From: Terriglobia bacterium
GTDB lineage: Bacteria > Acidobacteriota > Terriglobia > 2-12-FULL-54-10
Assembly: GCA_963666975.2 (NCBI GenBank)
Contig: CAXVYR010000004.1
Span: 1,280,001-1,344,000 of the forward strand
DNA: 64,000 nt
Reading direction: 5' to 3'
Shown here: piece by piece, positions 1 through 11,341 of the stretch
Layout: every line of letters begins with the position of its first letter
Numbering within the stretch: the first letter of the stretch is position 1
Made by a program: the position numbers and the translations under genes
The notes under the pieces: generated by a model
What the model was told of the DNA's origin: nothing
The model's database searches: none
What the model saw: only the letters and a program-made list of their open reading frames with translations

Positions 1-77
1 CGGGCCAGCTCATCAGGAAAACAGCGCTGCCGCTCCCAAACTAACCAACAGATTCTGCACCTCCCGAGGAGGATATT

Positions 78-3000
78 TTGTACCGAAGCAGTCCTTATGA
101 CCGGTCCCAACCCAACGTGGACTTTGACAGCATTCGTATTAGTTTAGCCTCGCCGGAAAAAATCCGTTCCTGGTCCCGGGGCGAGGTCATCAAACCGGAG
201 ACCATCAATTACCGGACCTTCAAGCCGGAACGCGACGGGCTGTTCTGTGCCCGCATTTTCGGCCCGGTGACGGACTGGGAATGTCTCTGCGGGAAGTACA
301 AGCGCATGAAGCACCGCGGGGTGATCTGCGACAAGTGCGGCGTCGAGGTCACGCTTTCGCACGTCCGCCGCGAGCGCATGGGCCACATTGAGCTGGCCGC
401 CCCCTGCTCGCACGTTTGGTTCTTCAAAGGGTTGCCCAGCCGCATCGGCCAATTGCTCGATCTGTCGTTGCGCGAGTTGGAGCGCATCCTGTACTTCGAG
501 GCCTACGTGGTCCTGGACCCGGGAGAAGCTCCGCTGAAGGAATGCGAGATTCTTTTGGAAGAAAAATACCGCCAGTTGCAGCAGGAGTATCCCGGAAAGT
601 TTTCGGCCACGATGGGCGCCGAGGGCATCAAGAAACTGCTGAAGGGGCTCGACATCGAGCAGATGTGCATCGATCTGCGCGAGAAGATGATAACGGAGAC
701 CTCCCAGCAGAAGAAGCTGAAGTTCGCCAAGCGGCTGAAGGTGGCCGAGTCTTTCCGCAAATCGGGCAACCGGCCGGAATGGATGATTCTCGACGTGATT
801 CCCGTTATTCCGCCCGAGTTGCGCCCGCTGGTGCCGCTCGACGGCGGCCGCTTCGCCACCTCGGACCTGAATGATCTGTACCGCCGCGTGATTAACCGGA
901 ATAACCGGCTCAAGAAGCTGATGGAGCTGCATGCGCCCGATGTCATCGTCCGCAACGAAAAACGGATGCTGCAGGAAGCGGTCGATGCCTTGTTTGACAA
1001 CGGACGCCGCGGACGCGTGCTGCGGGGCGCCAATAACCGCCCGCTGAAGTCGCTGTCAGACACCCTGAAGGGAAAGCAGGGACGGTTCCGCCAGAATCTG
1101 CTGGGCAAGCGCGTAGACTACTCCGGCCGCTCGGTGATCGTGGTGGGCCCGGAATTGAAACTGCACCAATGCGGGCTGCCCAAGAAGATGGCGCTCGAAC
1201 TATTCAAGCCGTTCATCTACCACAGGCTCGAACAGAAGGGTCTGTGCACCACCATCAAGCAGGCCAAAGAGATGGTGGAGCAGCAGGACCCGCTGGTGTG
1301 GGACATCCTGGAGGAGGTGATTCGCGACCACCCCGTCCTGCTTAACCGGGCTCCGACCCTCCACCGTTTGGGAATCCAGGCTTTTGAGCCGGTTCTGGTT
1401 GAGGGCAAGGCCATCAAGATTCACCCGCTGGTCTGCACGGCTTTCAACGCCGATTTTGACGGCGACCAGATGGCGGTCCACATCCCGCTGTCGCCGGAGG
1501 CTCAGATTGAGGCCAGCGTGCTGATGCTCAGCGCCAATAATATCCTCTCCCCCTCCAACGGGCAGCCGGTCACGGTTCCCACGCAAGACATCGTGCTGGG
1601 ATGCTACTACCTGACCAAGGCCAAGCATGGCACCCGGGGAGAAGGCCGGGCGTTTGCCACGCCCGAGGAGGTGATGCTGGCGCTCGAGGCCCAAGAGGTG
1701 GAGACCCTCACGCCGATTCGCCTCCGGCTTTCCGGCCCTGTGATTGACCTGACCAAAGCTTATGACGATCAAGATATCATGCGCACGCAACCGGTGACCT
1801 TCCAGAGCCAGATGCTGGAAACCACGGTGGGCCGGGTGATTTTGAACGATCATCTCCCGAAAGAAATGCCGTACATCAACGGCCTGATGAAAAAGAAAGG
1901 CTTGGGCCAGTTGGTTAATTATTGCTACCTCAGCTTCGGCTTGGCTACGACGGTTGAGTTGCTGGATGAGATCAAGCAGCTCGGCTTCCTCTACGCCACG
2001 AAGGCGGGCATCTCCATCGGGATCGACGACATGATCATTCCGTCCGGCAAGGCGCAGTTGGTCAACCAGGCTCAGAAGGAAGTGATCTCCGTGCAGCAGC
2101 AATACCTGGACGGCGCCATCACCAACGGCGAGCGGTATAACAAGGTGATTGCGATCTGGTCGAACATCACCGAAAAAGTCGCCGATGAAATGTTCCATGC
2201 CATGCAGGAGATGGATCAGAAAGGCGGAAGTTTCAATCCGATTTACATCATGGCCGATTCCGGCTCCCGCGGCTCCAAGCAGCAGATCCGGCAGCTCAGC
2301 GGCATGCGCGGCCTGATGGCGAAACCCTCCGGCGAGATCATCGAAACGCCGATCACCGCCAATTTCCGCGAGGGCCTCACCGTGCTGCAATACTTTATCT
2401 CCACCCACGGGGCCCGCAAAGGGCTGGCCGACACGGCGCTGAAGACCGCCGACTCCGGCTATCTGACCCGCCGTCTGGTCGATGTCGCCCAGGACGTCAT
2501 CATCAGCAGGATGGACTGCGGGACGGTGGACGGCATCTACGTGGGGTCGATCGTGGAAAGCGGCGAGATCATCGAACCGCTGCGGGACCGCATTGTCGGA
2601 AGGGTGTCTCTGGAGAAGATCAAAGACTACGAAGGCAACCTGATCGTGGATATCAACAACGAGATCACCGAAGACCTCGCCAGCGCGATTCAAGGAGCCG
2701 GCATTGAACGGGTGAAGATCCGTTCGGTGCTGACCTGCGAAGCCAGGCGGGGCGTTTGCGTCATGTGCTACGGGCGGAACCTCGCTTCCGGTCGCCTGGT
2801 GGAGCTGGGCGAGGCGGTGGGCGTGATCGCGGCGCAGTCGATCGGCGAGCCCGGCACGCAGCTGACCATGAGGACCTTCCACATCGGCGGCACGGCCAGC
2901 CGCATCTCCGAGCAGTCCACCCTGGACGCCAAAAACAACGGTTTTGTGAAGTTAATCAACGTCACGACCGTCCGCAACAAGCAGGGCGATCACATTGTCA

Positions 3001-4253
3001 TGAACCGCAACGGCGACCTGGCGGTGGTCGACGAAAAGGGACGCGAGCGCGAGCGGTATTCGGTGGTGTATGGAGCGCGCCTCAAGGTGAGCGAGGGCCA
3101 GCCGGTTACGGTGGGGCAAATCCTGGTCGAGTGGGACCCCTACACCTTCTCCATCCTGACCGAGGTGGGCGGCACCGTGCAGTTCAAAGACCTCGAGAAG
3201 GACATGACCTTGAAAGAAGAGGTGGACGAGATCACCGGACTGTCCCGGTGGGTGGTGACGGACCCGTCAGACGAAAAGCGCCAGCCCGCCATCGTCATCC
3301 GCGATGAGAAGGCCGGCGGACGCCATGCCGCGAAGAAGTATCTCATGCCCACGCGGGCCCACTTAATGGTGAGCGAGGATGATGAGATATTCCCTGGAGA
3401 CGTGCTGGCCAAAATCCCCCGGGAAACCACCAAGACCAAAGACATCACCGGCGGGCTGCCGCGCGTGGTGGAGCTGTTTGAGGCCCGCAGGCCGCGCGCG
3501 ACCGCGGTTATTACCGAGATTGACGGAACCGTAAAATACGGGGATGTCGCCAAAGGACAGCGCAAGGTTTTCGTCACCAATGAAAACGGCACTGAACGGG
3601 AATACTCGCTGCCGCGCGGCGTCCACCTGAGCGTGCAGGAAGGGGAGCTCGTCCGCGCCGGTGAGCCGCTGATGGACGGCCCCCGCAACCCGCACGACAT
3701 TCTGGCCGTGCTCGGTGAAAAAGAACTCCAGTCTTACCTGGTGAATGAGATCCAGGAGGTGTACCGGCTGCAGGGCGTCAATATCAACGACAAACACATC
3801 GAGGTCATCGTCCGCCAGATGATGCGCTGGATGAAGGTGGAACAAGTGGGGGACACGACCTTCCTGCTGGACGAGCAGATGGACAAGTTCCGGTTCCGGG
3901 AAGAAAACGAGCGGGTGCTCGCGGAGGGCGGCAAGGCCGCCACGGGCGTTCCGCTGCTGCTCGGAATCACCAAAGCCTCGCTCTCCACCGACTCGTTCAT
4001 CTCGGCGGCTTCCTTCCAGGAAACCACGCGCGTGCTGACCGAAGCGGCCATCAGCGGCAAGGTGGACCACCTGCGCGGGCTGAAAGAAAACGTGATCATG
4101 GGCCGGTTGATTCCCGCCGGCACGGGCATGGAACATTACCGCGACTTCCGCCTGCTGACCGCAGAATCCCAGCCGGAGGAAGAAACGCTGCCGCAGCCCT
4201 TCGAGGAACCCTCTGCAGAAGAGTTTGTGGAGGAAAAAAGGCCGCTGGCGTGA
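78..4253 (+). CDS. rpoC: DNA-directed RNA polymerase subunit beta'
   Basis: 1391 aa; [12 protein letters not shown] catalytic motif, N-terminal zinc finger ([12 protein letters not shown]); GGAGG RBS before the TTG start. Confidence 0.99.
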   Translation: MYRSSPYDRSQPNVDFDSIRISLASPEKIRSWSRGEVIKPETINYRTFKPERDGLFCARIFGPVTDWECLCGKYKRMKHRGVICDKCGVEVTLSHVRRERMGHIELAAPCSHVWFFKGLPSRIGQLLDLSLRELERILYFEAYVVLDPGEAPLKECEILLEEKYRQLQQEYPGKFSATMGAEGIKKLLKGLDIEQMCIDLREKMITETSQQKKLKFAKRLKVAESFRKSGNRPEWMILDVIPVIPPELRPLVPLDGGRFATSDLNDLYRRVINRNNRLKKLMELHAPDVIVRNEKRMLQEAVDALFDNGRRGRVLRGANNRPLKSLSDTLKGKQGRFRQNLLGKRVDYSGRSVIVVGPELKLHQCGLPKKMALELFKPFIYHRLEQKGLCTTIKQAKEMVEQQDPLVWDILEEVIRDHPVLLNRAPTLHRLGIQAFEPVLVEGKAIKIHPLVCTAFNADFDGDQMAVHIPLSPEAQIEASVLMLSANNILSPSNGQPVTVPTQDIVLGCYYLTKAKHGTRGEGRAFATPEEVMLALEAQEVETLTPIRLRLSGPVIDLTKAYDDQDIMRTQPVTFQSQMLETTVGRVILNDHLPKEMPYINGLMKKKGLGQLVNYCYLSFGLATTVELLDEIKQLGFLYATKAGISIGIDDMIIPSGKAQLVNQAQKEVISVQQQYLDGAITNGERYNKVIAIWSNITEKVADEMFHAMQEMDQKGGSFNPIYIMADSGSRGSKQQIRQLSGMRGLMAKPSGEIIETPITANFREGLTVLQYFISTHGARKGLADTALKTADSGYLTRRLVDVAQDVIISRMDCGTVDGIYVGSIVESGEIIEPLRDRIVGRVSLEKIKDYEGNLIVDINNEITEDLASAIQGAGIERVKIRSVLTCEARRGVCVMCYGRNLASGRLVELGEAVGVIAAQSIGEPGTQLTMRTFHIGGTASRISEQSTLDAKNNGFVKLINVTTVRNKQGDHIVMNRNGDLAVVDEKGRERERYSVVYGARLKVSEGQPVTVGQILVEWDPYTFSILTEVGGTVQFKDLEKDMTLKEEVDEITGLSRWVVTDPSDEKRQPAIVIRDEKAGGRHAAKKYLMPTRAHLMVSEDDEIFPGDVLAKIPRETTKTKDITGGLPRVVELFEARRPRATAVITEIDGTVKYGDVAKGQRKVFVTNENGTEREYSLPRGVHLSVQEGELVRAGEPLMDGPRNPHDILAVLGEKELQSYLVNEIQEVYRLQGVNINDKHIEVIVRQMMRWMKVEQVGDTTFLLDEQMDKFRFREENERVLAEGGKAATGVPLLLGITKASLSTDSFISAASFQETTRVLTEAAISGKVDHLRGLKENVIMGRLIPAGTGMEHYRDFRLLTAESQPEEETLPQPFEEPSAEEFVEEKRPLA

Positions 4254-4352
4254 GCCGCCGGAGAAGGAGCGCGGTTCTATTGGGGCTTGCAAGATTTTTT
4301 CAGGCCCCTCGCCGTTAGACCGAACTGTTGATCAAAATGCGAGGGTTCACCA

Positions 4353-5081
4353 ATGGCTACCGACGCTGAGATTCAGAAATTCGATTTGAACGACCCGATG
4401 CCGGAAGACTACCGCAAGCTTCTGGTGAAGCTGTGCTGCGTGGAGCACGGCATCGAGATGATCTCGCGCACGGCCATCCTGGACTTCTTGAGCAAGGTTT
4501 GGACGGTGGGAACCTACCAGGCTCCTTCGCCCTTCGAGCGGGTGCGGACGGCGAGCTATTGCTGGCAGGAGGTCGGCCACAGCGAGATGTTTTACAACAT
4601 CGCCTATGATCTGGACCCGGAGCTGGCCAACGAAGACTTGCCGGTCACGCAATACGCCTTTCAAATGGACTTTCCCACCTGGACCGAGCTCGCCGCCGTG
4701 AACTTCCTGACCGACCGCGTGGGCATGTACCAGGCCAACGAGTGGGTCAACTCAAGCTACGTTGTTCTGGCAAAGATAGCTCCCCTGGTGGTCAAGGACG
4801 AACGGGGCCACACCACTATGGGTCATGACCGGCTGGAGCGGGTCTGCGAATCGGCCAAAGGCAGGGAGGAAGCGCAGCGGGCCATGGAGAAGTGGTACCC
4901 GGCGGCGCTCGATATGTTCGGGCGGTCCGAATCCAGACGCCAGCACGAATACATCCGCTGGGGCCTCAAAAAACGGCAGAACGGCGAGCTGCGCCGGCAG
5001 TTCATCGACGACGTCAACCCGCTGGTCGCCAAGCTCGGCCTCGATGTCCCCGACGAAAACAAGAACCGGCGGTTCTTTTAG
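4353..5081 (+). CDS. PaaA/PaaC-like ferritin-fold diiron protein (phenylacetyl-CoA epoxidase-like), stand-alone
   Basis: Two ExxH motifs (QEVGH, DERGH); PTW.E and W.P.ALDMFG..S...WGLK...N.ELR segments typical of PaaA/BoxB. Confidence 0.8.
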   Translation: MATDAEIQKFDLNDPMPEDYRKLLVKLCCVEHGIEMISRTAILDFLSKVWTVGTYQAPSPFERVRTASYCWQEVGHSEMFYNIAYDLDPELANEDLPVTQYAFQMDFPTWTELAAVNFLTDRVGMYQANEWVNSSYVVLAKIAPLVVKDERGHTTMGHDRLERVCESAKGREEAQRAMEKWYPAALDMFGRSESRRQHEYIRWGLKKRQNGELRRQFIDDVNPLVAKLGLDVPDENKNRRFF

Positions 5082-5384
5082 GCGGGCCGTTGCAACTGTG
5101 CGTTTGGAACCCCAACCAACATTCTGAAAGCGGCGCCGCGCCAGAGTTCAACGTTTAGGCCGGACCGTCGCCGCGAGCGTCATCACGGTTTTAGCATTTG
5201 CTCACCCACTCCGTTGTCCGTTCCAGTTTCGCTCTCAGGAGCATGTCGCGCAATGAGAAGTTTCCTCCACGCTCATGGCAGTTGGCCAGAACCCATCGCT
5301 TACCATTGAAATTCTAACAACTACACAGAGCAGATGGAGTAAATCCGGTAGCCATCTACAACGCCGACGCCGTTATAGATGGTC

Positions 5385-5535
5385 TAGATGAGAGGGCAGA
5401 ACCTGGATGGCTACTGTGCGGTCCAGGCGGGTGTCTCTGGCCTTGTACTACCCTTCACCCTATGCCGCGCGCGCCCACACCTAGCGGGCTGAGGGCCTCG
5501 CACGAGCCAAGACGGGCACCTGGGGATACGGGCAC
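5385..5535 (-). pseudogene. 5' remnant of a Hanks-type Ser/Thr protein kinase gene
   Basis: Minus strand reads VPVSPGARLGSCEALSPLGVG..., then after a frameshift YKARDTRLDRTVAIQVLPSHL, matching kinase subdomains I-II; stop codons follow. Confidence 0.8.
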
Positions 5536-5569
5536 AGATTATCCCCGCATGATTGAACAGAATGGAGAA

Positions 5570-5598
5570 AGATTACACGAGGGGAGAGGGAAAAGCAA
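5570..5598 (-). promoter_or_regulatory. sigma70-type promoter, kinase-promoter family copy 1
   Basis: TTGCTT-17 nt-TAATCT; near-identical copies at 10730-10758 and 26302-26330. Confidence 0.65.
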
Positions 5599-5803
5599 TT
5601 GTGGACAGGAGGCGTCTTAATAGCTCTGCCGCTGCCAGACGGCTAGCGACCCAGCAGAGAGGGGAATTTAGCTCTTCAGAAGTGGTCAGACGGATAAGTG
5701 TCAGCGGCGAGGCAGGCTAGGCGGCCAAAACCCGCACAGCGACTCCACTGAACAACCAAAACGAGCCGCACTACCACCTCAAAGAGGCCAGAGCGATTTG
5801 CCA

Positions 5804-5868
5804 TTGACACGACAGGGTAGGAGGCATAGGTTTTCGGGTCAAAGGAAGCTCAAAATGGATATTCCGGT
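5804..5868 (+). promoter_or_regulatory. sigma70 promoter plus conserved leader, copy 1
   Basis: TTGACA-17 nt-TAGGTT followed by AAAGGAAGCTC.AAATGGA..TTCCGGTT; homologous block at 10869-10940. Confidence 0.7.
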
Positions 5869-5995
5869 TTAGTTCGTAACGCTGCGGATTCGGATGGGCC
5901 ATTGCCCGCAGCCCTCCCGTGGATCTCTCTCACGGAACCGGGACTTGTGGGATCAGCCGAAGGTGTTTTTTAAGAATCACGAGAAGGTGAGGTTT

Positions 5996-7069
5996 ATGTT
6001 CAAAGGAGCGTCATCGATTTTCTTCGCTATTTTTATTGCCGTGGCTGGGGCCTTTGCAGACCAGGTCAGCCTGAGAAACGGTGATCGATTGTCCGGCAGC
6101 ATCGTGAGTTCGAATCGCGAAAGCATGACGATGAAAACGGAGTTTTTGGGGGATGTGACCATTCAGTGGGATGCGATTGAGGAGATTACCTCTGAGGAGC
6201 AGTTGTTCGTCACCTCCTCAGACGGGCAAGTCCTGGTTGGATCCGTATCGACCAGTGGCGGCGAATTCATCGTCCGAACCGCTCCAGGCAGCACGGTTCC
6301 CGTCGGCAAGGCCGCCGTTGCGTCTGTCCGGTCCCCAGAAGAGCAGGCCTCCTATGAGGCCAAAATCGAACGCTTGCGCAACCCCAATTTGCTCGATTTC
6401 TGGAGCGGCTTTGTCGATGTTGGACTCAGCTTCTCCGAGGGCAACGCGGAGACGAATAACTTCTCGGCAGCGGTGAAAACAGAACGGAAGACCTCAAGAG
6501 ACAAAATCAGTGTCTATGCGAACTCGCTGTTTGCACACAACAGCACGACGGGCGTATCGGAGACTACGGCAAACGCGATCCGTGGCGGGACCCGGTACGA
6601 TATCAACCTGAACGGAAATCTGTTCACCTTCGGCTTCCTCGATCTGGAGTTTGACGAATTTCAGAACCTGGATCTTCGCAATGTGATCGGGGGCGGGCTT
6701 GGCTGGCACGTCAAAGACTCCGGACGAGTCATCTTTGACTTTTACTCCGGCGGCTCGTTCAATCAGGAGTTCTTCTCCACGGATGTCACTCGCAGATCGG
6801 GTGAGGTCGTATTCGGCGAGGAGTTGACTTACAAGATCTTAGAATCCACATCGATTTCAGAGAAGCTCTCCTTTTATCCCAATCTGAGTGAAACCGGTGA
6901 ATATCGTGTTCAGTTCGACTCCACCCTCAGTACGGAGCTGAGCCGCTGGCTGGCGTGGCATTTCACCCTCAGCGACCGCTTTTTGAGCAATCCCATCCCT
7001 ACAGTAAAAAAGAACGATGTTCTGCTGACTACGGGTATCCGTATTAGTTTTGGTGAAGCCGGTTTGTAA
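5996..7069 (+). CDS. DUF481 (YdiY-like) outer-membrane beta-barrel protein
   Basis: Signal peptide, DQVSLRNGDRLSG N-terminal domain, amphipathic beta strands, G.GLGW motif, terminal strand LLTTGIRISF; ATG at 5996 follows GAGG. Confidence 0.85.
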   Translation: MFKGASSIFFAIFIAVAGAFADQVSLRNGDRLSGSIVSSNRESMTMKTEFLGDVTIQWDAIEEITSEEQLFVTSSDGQVLVGSVSTSGGEFIVRTAPGSTVPVGKAAVASVRSPEEQASYEAKIERLRNPNLLDFWSGFVDVGLSFSEGNAETNNFSAAVKTERKTSRDKISVYANSLFAHNSTTGVSETTANAIRGGTRYDINLNGNLFTFGFLDLEFDEFQNLDLRNVIGGGLGWHVKDSGRVIFDFYSGGSFNQEFFSTDVTRRSGEVVFGEELTYKILESTSISEKLSFYPNLSETGEYRVQFDSTLSTELSRWLAWHFTLSDRFLSNPIPTVKKNDVLLTTGIRISFGEAGL

Positions 7070-7219
7070 TTCACGGGCCGGCATCGTGTCAATATCGGAG
7101 GCAGCGTCATCGTCACCGAGGACGGCAATGTTGATGATCGAACCCGCATCAATATTGACGTTGGAGTCATTCAGAAGATTGCCGCTTCATCTTCAAAATG
7201 GAAATGCGGGCCAAGCCCT

Positions 7220-7331
7220 AAGCGGCGACGTTGTGCGGTGGAGCATACACGAGAGAACCAGTCTATCGGAACGGCATGCCTGCCGGCTGCTGGGGCTATG
7301 GAGGGGAACACAACGGTATGAGCGGGAATGA
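7220..7331 (+). mobile_element. IS3-family OrfB N-terminal fragment
   Basis: Translation SLSERHACRLLGLWRGTQRYE resembles the IS3/IS407 'SERRACR..G..RST.RY' motif. Confidence 0.6.
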
Positions 7332-7350
7332 CTCTTTCACAATACGCTGA

Positions 7351-7794
7351 CTACTCGCAGCCGGGTTTACCGGCGTGCGGATCATCGGGGGGGATCATAG
7401 GCCAGTCGGCACGGCAACCATCCACCTGACCTGCCACCCGCCGTTCATCCGGATCGCGCTCCAGCTTGTTTGCGCCCTTCTTGGGAGGATGATACCGCAA
7501 TCGCTCGACAGGACGACCGCCGATCAGATGATCTTCGATGATTACCGGCACATCTTCTACCGTCAGATGAGAGTACCAGACGCCTTCAGGGTAGACGACT
7601 ACATTCGGGCCATGACCGCATTGATCTAAGCAGCCGCTGTTGTTGACGCGAACCCTCCCCTTGAGCCCAGCTTGAGCAACTTGCTCTTTGAAAGCCTTGT
7701 GAATCTTCTTGGAATCGCCGTCGAGCATTGGACAATACTCACCCGATGTGCAAACAAACACATGTTTTTCAAAAGGTGTCGTCAAATCACTCAC
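7351..7794 (-). CDS. thioredoxin-like [2Fe-2S] ferredoxin
   Basis: HVFVC..C ... SGCLDQC.HGP.VVVYPEGVWY ... EDHLIGG.PVE signature. Confidence 0.9.
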   Translation of the reverse strand: MSDLTTPFEKHVFVCTSGEYCPMLDGDSKKIHKAFKEQVAQAGLKGRVRVNNSGCLDQCGHGPNVVVYPEGVWYSHLTVEDVPVIIEDHLIGGRPVERLRYHPPKKGANKLERDPDERRVAGQVDGCRADWPMIPPDDPHAGKPGCE

Positions 7795-8008
7795 TGCCTT
7801 TCCACCCCGAAGCCATATCGACTAAATGAATCGCCTTGACTGGGCAGAGCTTGACCGCTGCTTTCGCTCTTTCCAGGCGCTCTGGCTTCAAGTCACTGTC
7901 AATGAGCACGTATGCAACCCCCCCTTCATCCATCTTAAAGAGGTCCGGCGCTATTCGCTCACATTTGCCGTATCCCTCGCACGCTAATTTATCGATAACC
8001 ACTCTCAA
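7787..8008 (-). CDS. small single-cluster [3Fe-4S]/[4Fe-4S] ferredoxin
   Basis: CEGYGKC...AP.LF ... CPVKAI pattern; overlaps the downstream ferredoxin start. Confidence 0.85.
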   Translation of the reverse strand: MRVVIDKLACEGYGKCERIAPDLFKMDEGGVAYVLIDSDLKPERLERAKAAVKLCPVKAIHLVDMASGWKGSE

Positions 8009-8072
8009 GGGGAATATCCTGGGCGACCAAACCGATCTTTTGTACCAGAGTGACTGAGAGAGTCTACACCAC

Positions 8073-8488
8073 TGAGGGGCCCTGGATTTTTGTACCAGAG
8101 TCAGAGTGAGTTTTGGGCTGTTTCCAGGCCTTTCCGATTGCAGCTAGCTGCAATCGGAAAGGCGAACTCGTTCGGCGTCCTCTCCCCAGGGCTCTGTGAG
8201 GACGGCTCTCATTGTACTCCCTCCGCCAAGCCTCGATGATCTGCCTGGCTTCTCCCAGTGTTCTGAACCAATGTACATTCAGGCACTCCTCCCGAAACGT
8301 CTGCTCCGAGATCCCTACCTTCCGGATCAGTTCCCCCACCGGCGCCCCCACCTCAGCCTGCTTCAGTATCCCTACAATCTGCTCCACGCTGAATCGCTTC
8401 TGTTTCACGGCATATCCCCCTTCTTTTGGTATTAGATTCTGCTGCAAAACTCACTCTCAACTTGGATCAAAAAACCGGGGGCCGGTCA
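8073..8488 (-). mobile_element. internally deleted IS3-family (IS407-group-like) element with both terminal inverted repeats
   Basis: TG...CA ends with ~40-bp imperfect IRs (TGA..GGCCC.GG.TTTT..CCA....AGAGTGAGTTTT); OrfA start (KRFSVEQIVGILK..ISEQTF) fused directly to OrfB end (REECLNVHWF..WRREYN..RPH.ALG). Confidence 0.85.
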
Positions 8489-8676
8489 GGGGGGGATACC
8501 CTGGAGGACCCAGGCCAGGTCGCCTCTGGCCCTTCCTCTCATACCGCTCACAAGTCACTGCACCCACTACAGGGTCTGCGGAGACGAAGCTTTCAAATTG
8601 CTGATCGTTTGTCCCAGCAGATCCCTATTTGTCAGATGGCCTACCCCACGAAGGAAGCGGAAACTCGGCGCATCTT

Positions 8677-10603
8677 TTACCATTGAGCCGCTGGTCCGCC
8701 GAGTTCCACCTGGGCCCCGGTCGGTTGCATCCCGATTTCGCGGGCCAGGGAGGGAACCAGATGGACTACACTGCCGCCCACCATGGTCATCAACACCCGG
8801 ATATTCAGAATGTCATCCACGGGAATGGTCAAGTAGTCTCGGTCTAGAACCGTAAGGTCTGCCAATTTGCCGGGTTCCAGCGAACCCATCTTATTCTCTC
8901 GCATGGCATAATGGGCACCCCAAATGGTTGCGGCTTTCAGCATAGCTTCCCGACTGACCGACTGTCTGGCTCCCCAAACTTTCCCGTCTGCGTCCTTTCG
9001 AGTGATTCCAGTGTACAGAACGTGGAAATAGGTTAGGTTCGTGTAGCCAATGGGGCGATCGATTTCAACGCTATTCATCACCCCAGCATCAAGGAGATTT
9101 TTCCGGGGCACTACCCATTCCACTGCCTGTTCCCCATAATTCCGGAATACCTGCTCAGTGCCACCCTCCCAAGTCCGAAGATCGGTTCCGCCCGTCATCA
9201 TGCCGAGGTTCTTGATGCGAGGAATTTGGTCCGGGCGGGGGCTTAATGCCATGTGGTCGTACGCGTGCCGTTTGGCCCTAATTTCCTCCATAGTCATGCC
9301 CGCTTCCTTGCTTGCATGCTCAATTACATCCATCATGTAGTCAACGTCGGCGTCCCCGCCGGTGTGGTCTCCGGCAAAACGACCGCCTGCCCGGATCCAA
9401 TTGGCTAGAATTTCCCGATTTCGTTCCTGGTCGGGAGCAAAAATGCACTTCCCTCGCCTCTCCCTTTCTTTTATCTCTGGCGAAGTCCCTGGCAACGTGG
9501 TGCACGCTCCCAAGTTCGAAACTGGATTTACTCCAATGAACCAAAATTTATCGGACCCTTGGCCCACAAGCCCTGCTAAGAAGGTGCTCAGAAAGGTGTC
9601 TTAAAATAGGTCTTTTCCTGGAGGCCAGTACCAAGTGTATGCAAACCGAATCGGTAGCAGACCCAATCGATCCAGTCGGGTGTATGCTGCCATCGATCCG
9701 GCTGTGTACATATTGGAGGCATTGAGAGTTTGCCCGTAGCCTGCGAGCCATGATAGACCTTGGCGGTAAATTTCGGAAAGTACCTGGGTGGGATAGATTA
9801 CATCCATTTCAAAATACCGATAGCAGACACTGCACACCCCGGTCCTCAAAGTTCGCTCTGCCGTATCCCCCACACCCGCTTCCAAGGGGTTGGAATCCGC
9901 CCCGAACCGATCCCACTCTTTTCCATAATGTTTTCTTAATTCGTCCAGAGCCCGCTGATTCACCACCGCCCCCGTAAAACCGCCTCGAACAATCACTGGA
10001 TTGTCAGGAGCTGCCAGATTTAACGTATCCTTTGTAATCTGACGTCCGAAAAACGCCATAATTTCGTCTCCCCACCTATATTCCTTTCCAAAAAGCATAC
10101 TAATCCGAATCCATTGCCCAGGCTTGGCCTTCCTTACCGCCTCGTCCAGGACTCTGGGAAACTGCTGGATCTGCTGGTTTGGGGGATCATTCAGGAACCG
10201 CTCTATGTGTATATCATCCGTCACCACTTTTGGTACGATGTACGGATTGATGAGGTTCCACTGATCCGGATGATCGTGGGTAGCCGCAAAGCCCGGAGTC
10301 ACCATCCGGCCCTTCAGGTCAATGTTCTTTGTATTAGGGCCGGCCAATGCTCGAACTTGGGCGTTGGTTCCCACGGCCAGGATTGTATTGCCTCCGATAG
10401 CCAGAGCCTGAGCGAGGGTGCCTAAATCCTCATTAACCTCATGGTTGTCCACCGTAACGATCTTCCCATTATAGAGAATGGTATCCGGGGCTTGTTGCCC
10501 AAAGCCCACAGGAGGTCCATTATAGAGAATGGTATCCGGGGCTTGTTGCAGCCCAAATGACACATACCATCAGCACAACTCGCAAAACACAATGCCTTTT
10601 CAT
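8677..10603 (-). pseudogene. secreted amidohydrolase (Amidohydro_3/YtcJ-like), disrupted
   Basis: IDL.GRMVTPGF..THDH and GSLEPGKLADL.VLDRD motifs; ORFs 9601-10563 and 8677-9567 are in the same frame, separated by a TAA; the signal peptide starting at 10603 is frameshifted by a 31-bp duplicated insert. Confidence 0.8.
10466..10549. repeat. 33-bp direct repeat with 51-bp period in the amidohydrolase 5' end
   Basis: CCATTATAGAGAATGGTATCCGGGGCTTGTTGC at 10466 and 10517. Confidence 0.9.
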
Positions 10604-10729
10604 GATTCGCCCCCTCGACTATTGTTAGCAGGTTAATCCAGAAGCTCCGAGTACAAAGTATACGCTCCCCCGTTATCGGTTCCATCTCTTTTCGCCTCTC
10701 TTGTTGCAAGGCCTCAATCCTGTCCCTAA

Positions 10730-10820
10730 TTGATTTCCCCTCTCCCCTCGTGTAATCTCTCGCTGATATTTCCTTCCAAGCGGGGGCAACAATGTGGCGG
10801 TTTCCCAGGGTATAAATCTT
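10730..10820 (+). promoter_or_regulatory. kinase-promoter family copy 2 with vestigial kinase start
   Basis: TTGATT-17 nt-TAATCT, then GCGGGGGC RBS-like motif and AVSQGINL, resembling the M.VSPGT.LG kinase start. Confidence 0.6.
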
Positions 10821-10868
10821 CCTAATTGAACCGCCATACCACACCAAACTAGCCCGGGCGATTTGCGG

Positions 10869-10940
10869 TTGACACGACAGAGTAGGAGGCATAAGTTTTC
10901 TGGTAAAGGGAAAGCTCCAAATGGAAGTTCCGGTTAAAAC
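10869..10940 (+). promoter_or_regulatory. sigma70 promoter plus conserved leader, copy 2
   Basis: TTGACA-17 nt-TAAGTT; TTGACACGACAG.GTAGGAGGCATA.GTTTTC shared with 5804. Confidence 0.7.
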
Positions 10941-11341
10941 CGGGACGGAGGAATCCGTGGACGACCCCTTAGTGAATACCCTCCCGAATGCCACGATCAC
11001 TGCGGTGTAGATCGAGCTCCAACAGAGCCAGCCAACAGAGATGCTTCTTAAAGTGGACCTCATTATTGATGTTATAGTAGATCGTCGAAAAGGCACGCTC
11101 TCTCGGCGGTGAAGATTGCCATGGCCACCCGTTCGGCGGGGAGCGGACACTAGGCCGGGAAGGCCGACTCAGCGGGAATTCTTTTGGTGGGGGTGATCCT
11201 TTGTATCCGGCGTTTGTGGAGTTTATGATGGATCGGCTATCCGGCGGCGCCAAGCAAAACAACCCAAGCGAAACCCGGAACCTGAAGAAACATCCTAATC
11301 GCGAGTTGCTCCAGGGCCTCCCGCTCGATGGGTATACTTTC

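Noticed and set aside
78-4253. Intein or split in RpoC
   Set aside because: Length is ordinary and the conserved blocks are contiguous.
144-4292. Long antisense ORFs over rpoC (e.g. 1200-2882)
   Set aside because: Shadow frames of a GC-rich conserved gene, with no motifs.
9601-9603. Stop-codon recoding in the amidohydrolase
   Set aside because: The codon is TAA, not TGA or TAG; TAA ends other genes here, and the gene has a second lesion.
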